A stretch of DNA of 63,045 bases, filler included, from Octopus bimaculoides (GCF_001194135.2; 7 parts of 7 records of this genome joined end to end with filler, not necessarily neighbours in it); one strand, 5' to 3'. Shown: positions 38,760 to 51,840, numbered from the whole stretch's first letter. Notes: a model not told the origin generated them from the letters alone. Numbers and translations: made by a program.

Positions 38760-39343
38760 ACAGCGGCAGTGACAGGAGTGTTGATGGTAGAAGTGGTGAA
38801 AGCTATTCGATGGGCCCACATCATGGAGGTGCAGCATGGTAACAAAACCACAATTCAGTCTTTGATGAGCCAAGATGGACATGAGCTGAACGATTCCAGG
38901 CAGATGTGTGAGGCCTTCTGACAGCACTTTGCTCAGTTTATTCATGGTCAGAGATAGTAGCAGATTTCAGTCCCTATCTCAATAGCTTGCCGTGCCTCTC
39001 GACAGCTGATGCTGAGCACTACAAAAGGTAAATAACATCAGCCGAAATTCAGCTGTATAAGGCGCAAGCCACTCAGTTTGGATGGTCTCCCTTATGAGCT
39101 TTACGTAAATAGGCCAGACTTGGTCTCTGATTTCCTCGAAGCAACTGGCAGCAGAACAGGAGTATTTCCAGTTCTGTGAGCTGGGGCATAGTGACGCTGA
39201 TAAGGAAAGACGCAAACAAGAGGGACACAATATAGATAACTTCAGGCCTATAACTCTGCTCAGCACAGAGTTTAAGATTTTTGGCCAAGGTGTTAGCAAA
39301 GAGGTTGGTACTTGTCGAAGACTTGGTTGGGGAGGCAATCCTG
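38760..39343 (+). mobile_element. L1/Tx1-like LINE RT N-terminal fragment
   Basis: LDGLPYELY...IVTLIRKD...DNFRPITLLSTEFKI..KVLAKRL; cut by an assembly join. Confidence 0.85.
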
Positions 39344-39448
39344 ANNNNNNNNNNNNNNNNNNNNNNNNNNNNNNNNNNNNNNNNNNNNTTAATTAATTAA
39401 NNNNNNNNNNNNNNNNNNNNNNNNNNNNNNNNNNNNNNNNNNNNATAT

Positions 39449-39667
39449 ATAGTAGGTGCTGAAAAGTTCCAGACTTTGACTAAAAGAAAATAAAAGAGAA
39501 TCAGTTAATTATGATTTTACTCAACGTCTTCCCTTCTCAGATTCACACAATTATTGTAGCAGTCCTTCAGCTTTTCTAAGCCTTTTAAAAGAACTCAGAA
39601 GGTTGAGTCTCCAGCCAAGCCTTTCACGACACCCTTAAAGCCAGGAACTTTTCAGCACCTCCTTGTA
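39449..39667 (+). mobile_element. Mariner-derived MITE, copy 1
   Basis: TIRs ggtgctgaaaagttcc / ggaacttttcagcacc with TA ends; non-coding interior shared with 42919-43139. Confidence 0.85.
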
Positions 39668-39702
39668 TATTCATACATACATACATACATACATACATAC
39701 AT

Positions 39703-39752
<50 letters not shown>

Positions 39753-39799
39753 GGACAGACAGACAAACAGACAGACGGACAGACAGACATGCATACATA

Positions 39800-42700
39800 C
39801 ATATGTTCCAGCTACTACTGTAAAACAGTACATGAATGATATTCAAAAAGTAAACAAAACCAAAATAACAAAGAAAGTGTCATCATGAGTTTTTAAGACA
39901 GAGAAAAAAATAACTGGTTTACGGTGGACCAACAGTCATATAATAATGCTTATTGCATGCAAACAAGCAAATCACTATATGACCCACCAGCAGAAAGTAA
40001 CAAAGGAGACAGAAATGATGTTTGGAGATAGCAAAAAGAAGACAATTGCAAACTGATTAGCCTCAAGTAGAAGCTAAAAGCTGTCAGTGAAAAACTCCGA
40101 CATCAGAAGGGAAGAACAATAAACAAAAAAATAATTAACTGCGACCTGGCAGCAATATACAGACATGAGAGGAGGAGCAATAAACATTACGGAATCTCCT
40201 TCATGAGAAGATATAGACTCCTTCTGGAGGAAAATCTGGAGTGAAGAGAAGGAATTTAACCAAGATATTCTGTGGCTGGAAGAAATCCGAAAAAATTATT
40301 GCTTCTGCATTACATCCAAGACATACAACATTGATGGTGAAACTCTTGTAACTATGATCCAGAAACTCCAGGATGGAAAAGCACCTGGAAGAGACTTGAT
40401 TGTTGGATATTAGTACAAGAAGTTAACATTCTACCAACCATATCTTATTAATCTGTACCAACAAGCTCTCAATGGAAACAGTAGCATACCGCACTGGTTA
40501 GCTCTGGCAGAGACAAAATTGATCCCCAAATGTAGAACTACCCTCATGGCAAAAAACCACCAGCCAATTGCATGCCAAAACTTAAATGTATAAGATATAT
40601 ATATATAGCATGTTTAAACTTCTTCCTCCAAGACCATTGTGAAACCAATAACATCATCACAGCAGAAGAAGCAGCTAGGAAGAAGAGAGTCTGGGGATGT
40701 GCCGAGTAATTGTTAATCAACAAAACTGTGATGTCAGAGGTGCAAGAACATAGGAGGAACCTAGTTTCAATGTAGCTAGACTACAAGAAAGCCTTTGACT
40801 CTGTTCCCCACTCGTTGATGCTTGAAGCCCTTCAACTTGCTAAAGTTTCAGTGTGAATAGTCAATGCCATAGCTGATCTGACTTCATCGTGGGCCACCAT
40901 CTTGAAATTAAACACAAAGAGTGACTGTATTATCACCAATAGAATTTAGTATCACAAAAGCATATTCCAAGGAGACAGCCTCTCTGTGATGTTGTTTATA
41001 CTCTCTGTAAACACCTTGTCATTCATGTTAAGGAAGTCTGAAGGATATCTCACTGGTTCACAAGGAAACAGAAATACCAAAATTACACACTCTTTCTTTG
41101 TGGATGACTCAAAACTTTATGCAAAAATATGCATGTGATGAAAAAGAGCCTTGACCTGGTTACAACATTCTCAAAGGATGTAGGGTTGGAGTTTGTTCAG
41201 GATAAATGTTGTTATATGGTTGTAAAAAGGGGGAAAACTATAAACCAGACTAATAACATCTCCAACAATGATTTGATTGTTTCCTCTGTATCTGATGACG
41301 AATGTTACAGGTGTCTAGGGGTGGATGAAACTATATCTTACAATGGCACCTGTAATAAAACACATATCACTAAAGAAAATTATAGCTGAATAAAGAAAAT
41401 TTGGACCTCAGAACTCTCTGCATTCAATAAAACAGTGGTCCACAATGTGTTTGCAGTGCCAGTACTCATACCAACATTTGGGTTGCTTGATTGGACACTT
41501 GATGAGATCTGAGTCGTTGATGTGAAAACCCCCAAAATACTAGCAAGCACACATAATTTCCATATAAACAGTGACGTAGACTGCCTCTGCCTGAAACAAA
41601 AGGAAGGTGACAGAGGCTTAGCATCAGTCCAAAATGCCTTTGAATGTCACATCATATCCCTTCAGGAACATCTTTTAACCACCAAGTTTGCTTACTTGAG
41701 GTTGATAACATCATAACACTTGGAAGGCAGCTCCTTGAGTAACACTCTTTGTCTGATAACCTAGAATATATGCCCAAAGAAGTCACACAACTCTACCGCA
41801 ACATATCATCAGATGAAAGGATGAGGATATATGAGCAGAAGGCTATGCATGGATATGTTAGTAGAAAGCTTCGTGATGATAATAACATTGATCATCAAAG
41901 CAATTTATCATGGACCAATAGCCGGATTACTACTTTCCACTTTGAAGGGTATGTGTTTGCAATCCAGGAACAGAAAATATCAACCAAGAACCTGATGCAC
42001 AAAAGGGATAGGGATCCAGGAAAAGCTGTAAAATGTGACAACCGATGCAGAATTTGTGGAGTTCACACTGAAGATATCATCCACATCATAAGCAGTTGAC
42101 CAAAAATACTATCACGGTATTATCTACTGATGGGACATGATGTTGTAGCTAGAACACTCTATAATGAAATCTGTTCAAAGGATAATCCTGAGGACAAAGA
42201 AATAAGAACCCACAATATGGTAGAAGCCATAGCCACTCATAATAAAAAGGAATACTGGTGGAATGTACCAGTGAAGGCCTCAATAAAATGTAAGTACAAC
42301 AGGCCTGACATAATGATTTGAGATAGAGAAGGGAAATTGTGCACAGTTGTGGAAATTAGCTGCCCAGCAGATATTAACATAAAGCTGAAGATCAGTGAAA
42401 AAGAGAATAGTTATGCTGAAATATTGAGAAATCTCCATTTACTCTATCCAGATTACAAGTTTAGGTTTACACCTGTAATTATTGGGACCCTGGGATATGT
42501 TACACACTGCCTAAATACCAATCTTGAGAAATTAGACTTCTCAAAACCAGAAAGGAGAAAGCTAATTCGAAGACTACAGATCCAATCCATCACTGGAACT
42601 GTAAAATTCTGTAAAACTTTCCAGAAGTTTATCATTTAAATATATATGAGCATGTCTAGATATTGCAACTATATACATGAGAATACATACATAAAACGTA

Positions 42701-42843
42701 CAAATCTGCACATACATACATACATACATACATACATACAAACAAACAAAAATACCCTGTTGTTGATGTTGAAATTCCACTGATCTTGGTTAGAAAATAG
42801 TTCATTCTTTATTGGCAAGAAATCTTGAAATAAACTGAATTAT

Positions 42844-42845
<2 letters not shown>
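39800..42845 (+). mobile_element. R4/Dong-clade (RLE) non-LTR retrotransposon, near full length, decayed
   Basis: KAPGRDLI, DYKKAFDSVPH, IFQGDSLS, FVDD, zinc knuckle CRICGVHTEDIIHI, RLE RPDIMI..VEISCP..KISEK; AATAAA near 42829 then (AC)n. Confidence 0.9.
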
Positions 42846-42880
<35 letters not shown>

Positions 42881-42918
42881 CATACATACATACATACATA
42901 CATACATACATACATAAA

Positions 42919-43139
42919 TACGAGGTGGTGCTGAAAAGTTCTTGGCTTTGTCTAAAAGAAAATACAGGAGGATCAGTTAATTATGATTTTATTCAACATA
43001 TTCCCCTCTCAGATTCACACACTTATTGCAGCAGTCCTTCAGTTTTCCTAAGCTCTGCAAAAGAAATCACAAAGTTGGACCTCCAACCAGGCCTTTCATG
43101 ATACCCTTAAAACCAGAAACTTTTCAGCACCATTTCATA
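42919..43139 (+). mobile_element. Mariner-derived MITE, copy 2
   Basis: tacgaggtggtgctgaaaagttc...aacttttcagcaccatttcata. Confidence 0.9.
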
Positions 43140-43184
43140 TATGCATATATACACACATATACATATGACTGACTTCTGCACAGT

Positions 43185-43325
43185 TTCCACTTACTAAATA
43201 CCATAAACAAACATGTTGGTCATGAGACCTTTGACCAATATGCTTTGCATTGGGATTGGATCTGAAACCATGTGGTTGTGAAGCCACCACATAGTCATAT
43301 CTCAACCACATAGCCATATCTGCAC
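43185..43325 (-). mobile_element. SINE family A 5' half, decayed
   Basis: cagtttccacttactaaat...aaaccatgtggttg...accacatagccatatctgcacc. Confidence 0.65.
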
Positions 43326-44228
43326 CCCCATTTACTTCAAGTGTATTCTCTGCAGTGAAGTATGAGTGGTTGTTGTATTGGGTGTGCTGCCACATCCAAT
43401 GCCACCAAATTCCAAGCAGGGATATAACAAAAGATTTCCATTAAGATATGTGATTAAATTAATGGGTAAGGTTAATATTTATAATGAATTTGCCATTTTC
43501 GGTGGGTGTGCAGTGCACACCTAGCACACCTATAATATACACCTGTAACTCTCTGTGAAGGCAATTGATAAAAAACTGAAATGTTGATAGTGTTATTCAG
43601 GAAAGGAGTTTGCAGGAGGCCATCCTCCATATTTGTCACCATCATATTTTTGGTTTCATCTTTTTACTTTGTCCGTTGGATTTCATTTATGTGTGTCACA
43701 TGTCACAAATACTAAATGTGACCTCTCAGATTGTGAAAAAGAAGCATCAAAGCGACATTCCTGACTCAGCAACAACTACAACATCGACTGAAGAAACAGT
43801 AATAATACTGTTATGATATGTGCTAAAGATCACCTTGACATACTGAAGAAGAAAAATGCAAATATTCAAATAGTGTGGGAAAATAATATATAAAACATAA
43901 AACAAAAAAGTCTCTTATCTGTTCAGAAGTGAATTTCTGATAAAAACAAAAAACAATTCTTTCAAAATAACAAAACATGTCATTCTCCATGGACAGGTTG
44001 TATAACATTGCTTGTAACAAATATTATCAAAACATGAGGTTTGGGTTGATGGAGTAACAACTATCTGGGCAGTTGTTTACATACCACAAAATATCACTGA
44101 TATTTCAAGGGTGTAGGATTGTGTCATAATTTCGATATATGAATCTTGTTTGACAAATTCAAATTGAAACACAAAAATGCATATCCACCTAGTGTCATAT
44201 CCATATGTATTATAGAAAACTAAGATCA

Positions 44229-44263
<35 letters not shown>

Positions 44264-44614
44264 ACATAACATACATATATATATAAATACACATATATAT
44301 ACACATACAGACTCATATATATACATATACACTCATATAAATGCAAATATACACATATATAACTACATATATACACATACATATATATAATTATCTATGT
44401 ATATATACGTTTATGATTATCTATATGTATGTATACACACACACATACACATACACACACAATATATATATATTCTCATGTCTGTGGTGAATGATGAGAA
44501 TTAAAATGATGACTTGCATTTTTATTCTTAATTCATTCTGGCAGATTTGAATGTGAATAAGCTACTCGCTGCTGTGTTTCATCACAAGAGAACCACTTCT
44601 GTTTTATGATGAAT

Positions 44615-44749
44615 GTGTGTTGCTTGCCAACCACATGGTTTGAGGTTCAGTCCCCCAGTGTGACATCTTGGGCAAGTATCTTCTACTATAGCCTAGCGCT
44701 GATCAAATCATGGTGAGTGAATTTAGTAAATATAAACTGAAAAAAGCCT

Positions 44750-44823
<74 letters not shown>

Positions 44824-45028
44824 GTTGTTCCCACCACCACCATTTGACAACCGTTGGTGTGTTTGTGTCCCTATAACTTAGCAGTCTGTCAAGAGAAGCT
44901 GGTAAAATATGTACCAGGTTTAACAAAAAATAAGCACTGGGGTTGATTAACTCGACTAAAAACTCTTGAAGGTGGTGCCCCAGCATGGCCACAGTCTAAT
45001 GAGTGAAACAAGTGAAAGATAAAAGATA
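44615..45028 (+). mobile_element. SINE family A
   Basis: gcttgccaaccacatgg...tgccccagcatggccacagtctaatgagtgaaacaagtgaaagataaaaga. Confidence 0.85.
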
Positions 45029-45477
45029 TGCACACAGTAAACAGCAAAAATTAAAATGATGACTTGCATAATTATTCGTAATATGTTCCATCAGATTTAA
45101 GCAATGTGTTTCCTCATAGCAAGAAGATCAGCCAGGAGGATTCTTTTGGCCAATGAGACACAACAATGTTGAAGAACTGGCTGTACTATAATCTCTTGTG
45201 CTAATGAATCAAGTCCATTATGAACACATATTCATGGTAAAGGAGAAGTTATTCTTTATAAAAGGGTACCAGTCCATATTCCAGTGATCTTTACAGTACC
45301 AGTGATTACTAGTACCTTTGATTCTTGGACTGATTGATTCTATCAGAACATAATTTTGGTGAGGAATAATTAGAATTATTGAAGATGTTGAGTTCAGACA
45401 GGGATTTAGAGAAGGAGGCAGTTTATTATTAATTACAGATTTTTGAAGAATTTTTCACAACAGAACCATCATCATCA

Positions 45478-45900
45478 TCATCAACATTTAATGTCCATCT
45501 TTCATGATGGCATGAGTTGGACAGCTTGATGGGAACTGACAAGGCTAGGGGCAACACCAGGTTCCATAGTCTGTTTTGGTTGGTTTCTATAGTTGGATGC
45601 TCTTTCTAACACAAACCACTCCACAGAGTGTACTGGGTGCTTTTTACGTAGCTCCATCACCAGTGCTTTATACATGGCACCAGCATCAGTGCTTTTTATG
45701 TAGTAACTTGGTTTTAGGATCTCAATTCTGTTGTGGTGGGCAGGTCTTCTCATGTACAGCAATGCACCCAATTTCTCAGTCCTTTGTCATCTCTTTTGGA
45801 AGGTTCAGTGCTTTGAGATTGGTCTTCAAAACTTCATCCCATGTCTTCTTGGGTCTCCTTCTTCCACAACTTCCATCCACTTTAAATGATCAGCACTTAA
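45478..45900 (-). mobile_element. 5'-truncated RTE LINE 3' end
   Basis: Minus strand KVDGSCGRRRPKKTWDEVLK plus the UTR and (GAT)n. Confidence 0.8.
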
Positions 45901-46049
45901 TCTTGCTGTCTTTTTAGGAATATGGATTTACTTGGAGGAGAGGATTCTCAGTCCCTTCGCTCCTGCCCCCTTTAGTCGCCTTTTATGCCACGCAGGGAAT
46001 ACAGTGACTGCATTCTACTGACCACCCCCTCCAGTCACAAGTAGGGTTT

Positions 46050-46240
46050 GCTGTGTTTGAGATGAGATGTCTGAGAACTATGGTTGGTGTGACACGGATG
46101 GACAGGATGAGGAATGAGGAGGTGTGAAGATGAGCAGGAATGAGAGAAAAACTAACGATCAAATTGGATAGATGAATGTTGAGGTGGTTTGGCCACATGG
46201 AGAGGATGGATGGGGGTTGTGTTCTATGCCTTGACCCAAG
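46050..46240 (+). mobile_element. RTE-like LINE RT C-terminal fragment
   Basis: FEMRCLRTMVGVTRMDRMRNEEV...LRWFGHMERMD. Confidence 0.85.
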
Positions 46241-46387
46241 CATAAAAAGGGACTCACTCCTTTAAGCTGGGAAATAAATGGAATGCCTGGTGTGTGTCTT
46301 GTTGTGGCCACCCCCTCCTTAAAAAAAAATGGGGAATAGGCCTGTTTATATAAAAAAAAATTAATTACCTATTTCTCATTTATCTTA

Positions 46388-46867
46388 GACTGTGGCCGTG
46401 CTGGGGCATTGCCTTGAAGGATTTTAGTCAAACAACTTGAACCCAGTACCGTTTTTGTCTTTANNNNNNNNNNNNNNNNNNNNNNNNNNNNNNNNNNNNN
46501 NNNNNNNNNNNNNNNNNNNNNNNNNNNNNNNNNNNNNNNNNNNNNNNNNNNNNNNNNNNNNNNNNNNNNNNNNNNNNNNNNNNNNNNNNNNNNNNNNNNN
46601 NNNNNNNNNNNNNNNNNNNNNNNNNNNNNNNNNNNNNNNNNNNNNNNNNNNNNNNNNNNNNNNNNNNNNNNNNNNNNNNNNNNNNNNNNNNNNNNNNNNN
46701 NNNNNNNNNNNNNNNNNNNNNNNNNNNNNNNNNNNNNNNNNNNNNNNNNNNNNNNNNNNNNNNNNNNNNNNNNNNNNNNNNNNNNNNNNNNNNNNNNNNN
46801 NNNNNNNNNNNNNNNNNNNNNNNNNNNNNNNNNNNNNNNNNNNNNNNNNNNNNNNNNNNNNNNNNNN

Positions 46868-46905
<38 letters not shown>

Positions 46906-47060
46906 GATGGGCTTCTTTCAGTTTCCATCTACCAAATCCACTCACAAGCCTTTGGTTAACCTGAGTCTATAGTAGAAGACACTTGCCCAATGTGTCACGC
47001 TATGGGACTGAACTATGAACCATGTAGTTGGGAAGCAAACTTCTTACCATACATCCATGT
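46388..47060 (-). mobile_element. SINE family A spanning a gap
   Basis: Tail at 46388-46460, head at 46905-47060. Confidence 0.75.
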
Positions 47061-47524
47061 CTGCATTTATAGTTAGTTCTACTAACATAATCTTCTTTTC
47101 CACATGGATAAAAGGCAATGTTACAATGGCAGAATTTGAACTCAGTGTGTAGAGAACCAAAACAAATGCTGCAAGGCATTCCTAGCCACTGTTCAAACAC
47201 TGCCAACATATACAATCATATTTACAACTAAAAACAAAAACAGTTTGTTCTTTATTGTTCTTTCAGATTTGAACATTACACCTCTAAATTGTTAGTATTG
47301 TATATCTTTCTGTGTATGGCTTATAAGGTGTCCATATCTGTGAATAATTATTTTTAGGAACAGGTTTTCCTTTTGCTCCCATTTCCCCTACTTAACTCCC
47401 CAATCCCTCCTCTTTGCCTTCATGTTGTTTGTTTGTCTTAGTTTAAGCATCTAGCTCCTTCTATTTTCTCTCCCCAATCCTTAATTTCCTCCTCCTCCTC
47501 TTCATCCTCCTTCTCCTACATTCA

Positions 47525-48356
47525 ACTCTTGCCTTCCAACCTTAACTTTCAAGCTTCTTACTCCACCCCTCTCTTCACCACCACCTCACTCTCTCTTCAT
47601 TCTCCTCTCTTCTTCCCTCATTCTTCCTCAACTCTCACATCACTCCTTCAACTCAGAATTCTTTTCTCATTTACATTTTACTTGCCTCCATCCCAAAGGA
47701 CAACATCATTTTGCTTTTTCCTTTTTGTCACTTTCCAACAAAGGGCAAGGCTTGAATCTTAGATTCTACATTCCTCAAAGCAAATGAAATTATCGAACTC
47801 TCTTACTCAACTCATTACTTCTTCTAAGGGTTGTTCTGGAGGAAGGAGCCATGCCTAAGACCTGCCAAGACCAGTGAAACTGAACCAGTTAATGTTTTTC
47901 CTTGAACAGTTGAACAAAATGAATTATATAAAAACCATCCACCACACGGTTCAGTTCTTAATCTAGTGAGGTGGCTTTGTGTGCCTCAGTGGCCCTGAAA
48001 GCTGTACCAGAAGAGTGCACATTCATGGTAGTAGAGCCTCCCATGCTGGACAGGTCAAAGGATGGAGGCCAGAGAATATGAACCACCTCTTTCCAAAGGC
48101 AAAAATGGGTTTGTGTAGGGCCAGGACCTCTTGCTTTCTAACCTTAACTTCCAAGCTTCTCATATCACCCTCTCTCTCTCTCTNNNNNNNNNNNNNNNNN
48201 NNNNNNNNNNNNNNNNNNNNNNNNNNNNNNNNNNNNNNNNNNNNNNNNNNNNNNNNNNNNNNNNNNNNNNNNNNNNNNNNNNNNNNNNNNNNNNNNNNNN
48301 NNNNNNNNNNNNNNNNNNNNNNNNNNNNNNNNNNNNNNNNNNNNNNNNNNNNNNNN

Positions 48357-48396
<40 letters not shown>

Positions 48397-48400
48397 TCTT

Positions 48401-48437
<37 letters not shown>

Positions 48438-48547
48438 GCATTCTCCTCTCACCTTCCCTCATTCTTCCTCAACTCTCACATCACTCCTTCGACTTGAACT
48501 CTTTTCTCATTTACATTTTACTTGCCTCCATCCCACACAATAACATC
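47525..48547. repeat. Locally duplicated CT-rich segment (47525-47708 and 48128-48547)
   Basis: Both copies share cttccctcattcttcctcaactctcacatcactccttc and ttttctcatttacattttacttgcctccatccc. Confidence 0.85.
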
Positions 48548-48989
48548 ACGAAGAAGAAAAAGAACAGAAGTTACAGAACCATTGAAGATGACTCAAAACC
48601 AACAAGACTTGGGAGTGCAAGGCCTTCTTCCCTCAGGGAAACATATGGTATGATACAGCAAAATCTGAGAGGATCCTGCAAGGCTGACTCCCTTTCTGAC
48701 CCCCGGGTGAAATACTAAAATTGCAACATGGATAGTTAAGAAATGAAGGGTTGTGGGAGAAGAGTAGGTGGGGCAGGTGCTAGTGGAGGAACAGACCTGA
48801 AAGTGAAAGTGGAGACGGAATAAGGTACACTGTAAGGAAACCAAAGAGTGATTGGAAGAGAGGAACCCTAAAAATAGCTGGAGGTGGGATATTGAGTTGA
48901 AAAAAGTGGGGATTCAACAGGAGAGAAACAGTCAAGAGCCCAGAGTTGAAAAGGGGGGAGAAAGGTAATTGATGGACTTTTGATTCATA

Positions 48990-49260
48990 AGGAGTAATGA
49001 TGGTAGTGGTGGCAGTGGCGGTGATGACAGTGACAACGATGATGATGATGATGACAGCAACGACGATGACAATGCCAACACCACCGCAGCAGCAGATAGT
49101 GATGGAGGTGGTGGTGGTGGTGATAGTAGTGGCGGCAGCGGTGCTGATGATGATGATGATGATGACAATGATGATGACAACAACAACGATGATGACGATG
49201 ATGATGACGACGACGATGATGATGATGATGATGATGATGATGTCGATGTCATTTACCTGA
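48990..49260. repeat. (GAT)/(GGT) low-complexity tract
   Basis: Trinucleotide runs giving the poly-M/S/I pseudo-ORFs. Confidence 0.9.
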
Positions 49261-49404
49261 GCTGTATTATCATTATATGCCATTAGGTTGCTAACTATTA
49301 TTTGTACTAACATACCTTAGTCAAGGAATTTAGTTTATCCACAATATTTGTGAACTGTTCATACAACTGAAGCCGATATGGTATTTGTATTATTATTATT
49401 TTAG

Positions 49405-49590
49405 CACGCTGGGCAAAATGGTTAGCAGTATTTCATCTGTCTTTATGTTCTGAGTTCAAATTCCATTAGGGTCGATTTTGCCTTTCGTCCTTTCGGGGTC
49501 AATAAAATAAGTACTAGTTGAGCACTGGGAGTTGATGTAATCATCTTACAACCTCCCCGAAGTTGCTGGCCTTGTGCCAAAATTTGAAAC

Positions 49591-49633
<43 letters not shown>

Positions 49634-49640
49634 TGAGTTA
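49405..49640 (+). mobile_element. SINE family B (tail type 2)
   Basis: ttagcacgctgggcaaaatg...ggccttgtgccaaaatttgaaacc(ATT)n. Confidence 0.85.
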
Positions 49641-49876
49641 CTGAATATTTCATTTCATAATATATAACAGTAATGGTAATAATCAAAACAATTTTTACAA
49701 CAATAAAAAACCAATAACTCACAGGACAGTGGAATGCTGCTAACAACTATATTTTAAGCCAACAAGTGGGCCTTTGCATGGCCGTTTGATCTGTTAGAAA
49801 CGGTAGTGAAATGTCCTTCAAATCAAACAAAATTTTCACACAGGACTTATTTGAGTATATCCTAGGCAACACAACT

Positions 49877-49910
<34 letters not shown>

Positions 49911-50259
49911 CATCCATCACCGCAATCTCTACTGTTGCTGCCACTGCCACCTCCACCACTACTACTGCTTCTCAAATCACAAAGAGTGTACATTTTTTTT
50001 TTCTTTTAAATGCTTGGCTCTTAATTTTCAATTGGTTTTACTATTGTTGCTTTGTTACATCCCTATAGTAAGCATGTGAACTATTTTATTTATTTATTTA
50101 TTTATTTTATATTGTTCTGCTTACTAACAGCAGAACCTTAGCATGTGTATGTGTGTGTATATTTTACGTGTGTGTATGCATGTGTGTGTGTTGGTTGGTG
50201 TTAATTGTTTTTGAATTTGTTATATCCTTATTCTTGTATTCTTGAGGTGGTGGTTTATT

Positions 50260-51330
50260 TTTAGAAGGGTGTAGTTAACCCTCTCATTCTTCATACTAAA
50301 TGTGTAGCTGGAGTCTCCTTCCTATATTTGTACAGCTTTTGTAATCTATCACGATTTAGGGTCCCTTGGATAACTGGAAAGAATTTTTAGTTCTGCATTT
50401 TTTCATTGAGCCATTATGCTTCTCATTGACAGAACATGGATGCCTATTTCCTTTCATTGTATTCTCTCCAGTAATCTGCGATCCTTTCACATAGGCTACA
50501 TAATGTCTCTGCTATATGGATTATAGTCGTGTCCCTACATTACCTCTCTATGCATCCCTGCATTGTCTCTTCATGCACCTCACATGGAACACAACATTTC
50601 TAGTTTTGCAGTTTATTTTGAGTTTTTTGTGCTTACTTTGCAGTTGTTGTCAGTTCAAGGTGTTTTCTTAAACAGGTAAAACTTATAGTAGTGACTTGAT
50701 GAATCTGCTTGTCTTAAGCTGATTGTCATGTAGTGATTTTCTATATGACAATGTGCTTTTCTAAAATCACCAGCTAGTTCACCTTTGGCATGACATGGAT
50801 GAATCATAGCTTTGAACTTGTTTTTACCATACCAGGAGATTTTTCTTACCTAGCTTTCTCCTTTTTCTTTCAAACCTATTTCAGAATATTCTCCAGTACA
50901 TGGGGCACACTCTGTTATCATAATTGTTAATAATGGTTTCTATCCTAACCTGAATCTATTCTAAACTGATGTCATTACTTGTATCTAGAGAATGGCACAT
51001 GCAAGATGAAATCTTGCATGTGCATTTTTTGTCCATAAGTGGACATATGTATTTATTATGATCCTTACTAGGTCTGCTATCAATGTTTTTATTTTTGCAT
51101 TTGTTGACAAAGTTGGGTCCTGGAAGACCAGACATTTAGTGACCATGGGTTTTATACCATATGAGTAGGGGTGGATTTGTTTATTGCCACTTATAATTCC
51201 TAGTCATAGTTTCATATCTAGAACTGGAGACCTTTTATGGGGATGCTTGGATGGGTAATCAATGGCAAATTTAATGCTTTTATAGTTGGAATTCACCATA
51301 TGCTAGATCTTTTCTGTCATATGTTTTTCC
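50260..51330 (-). mobile_element. Penelope-like element (RT end plus GIY-YIG region), decayed
   Basis: Minus strand GLQFLDMKL (about 51210-51235) and INCKTRNVVFHVRC (about 50570-50612); many stops. Confidence 0.7.
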
Positions 51331-51479
51331 ATTTCCTAGGTGTATCATAATTAGATTTAATCACAGTCCTCTTGTGAAGTAGATTGTGATTAAATCCACA
51401 AGGTTTGTCATGCACATTTATGTCATTGAGTCATCATGATTATCATCATCATTTAAAGTTCATGCCACATAAAAAAAAC

Positions 51480-51840
51480 ACTGATGCTGGTTCCACATTA
51501 AAAGCACTGGTGATAGTGCCACATAAACAGCATCCAGTACACTCTGTGGAGTGGTTGGTACAAGGAAAGGCATCCAGCCATAGAAACCATGCAAGAACAG
51601 ACAATGGAATCTGGTGTGGCCCCTGACCTTACCAGTTCTGTCAAACCGTCCAGCCCATACTAGCATGGAAAACAGATGTTAAATGATGATGATGATGATG
51701 TTCTATGGGTTAGATGTGTTGACAATATCTGATGTGTCCAAAGACTGCACCATGTTCCAATGTCTGATTTGGTATAGTTTCTATGGTCAGATACTCTTCC
51801 AAACATCAACCACTTTACAGCATGTACTGGGTACTTCTTA
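51480..51840. mobile_element. Two RTE 3' UTR fragments in inverted orientation
   Basis: Plus copy 51480-51700 with GAT tail; minus copy 51730-51840. Confidence 0.75.

Noticed and set aside
43788-43815. CTGAAGA followed by a 7-bp hairpin
   Set aside because: No GAAA after the stem; chance match.
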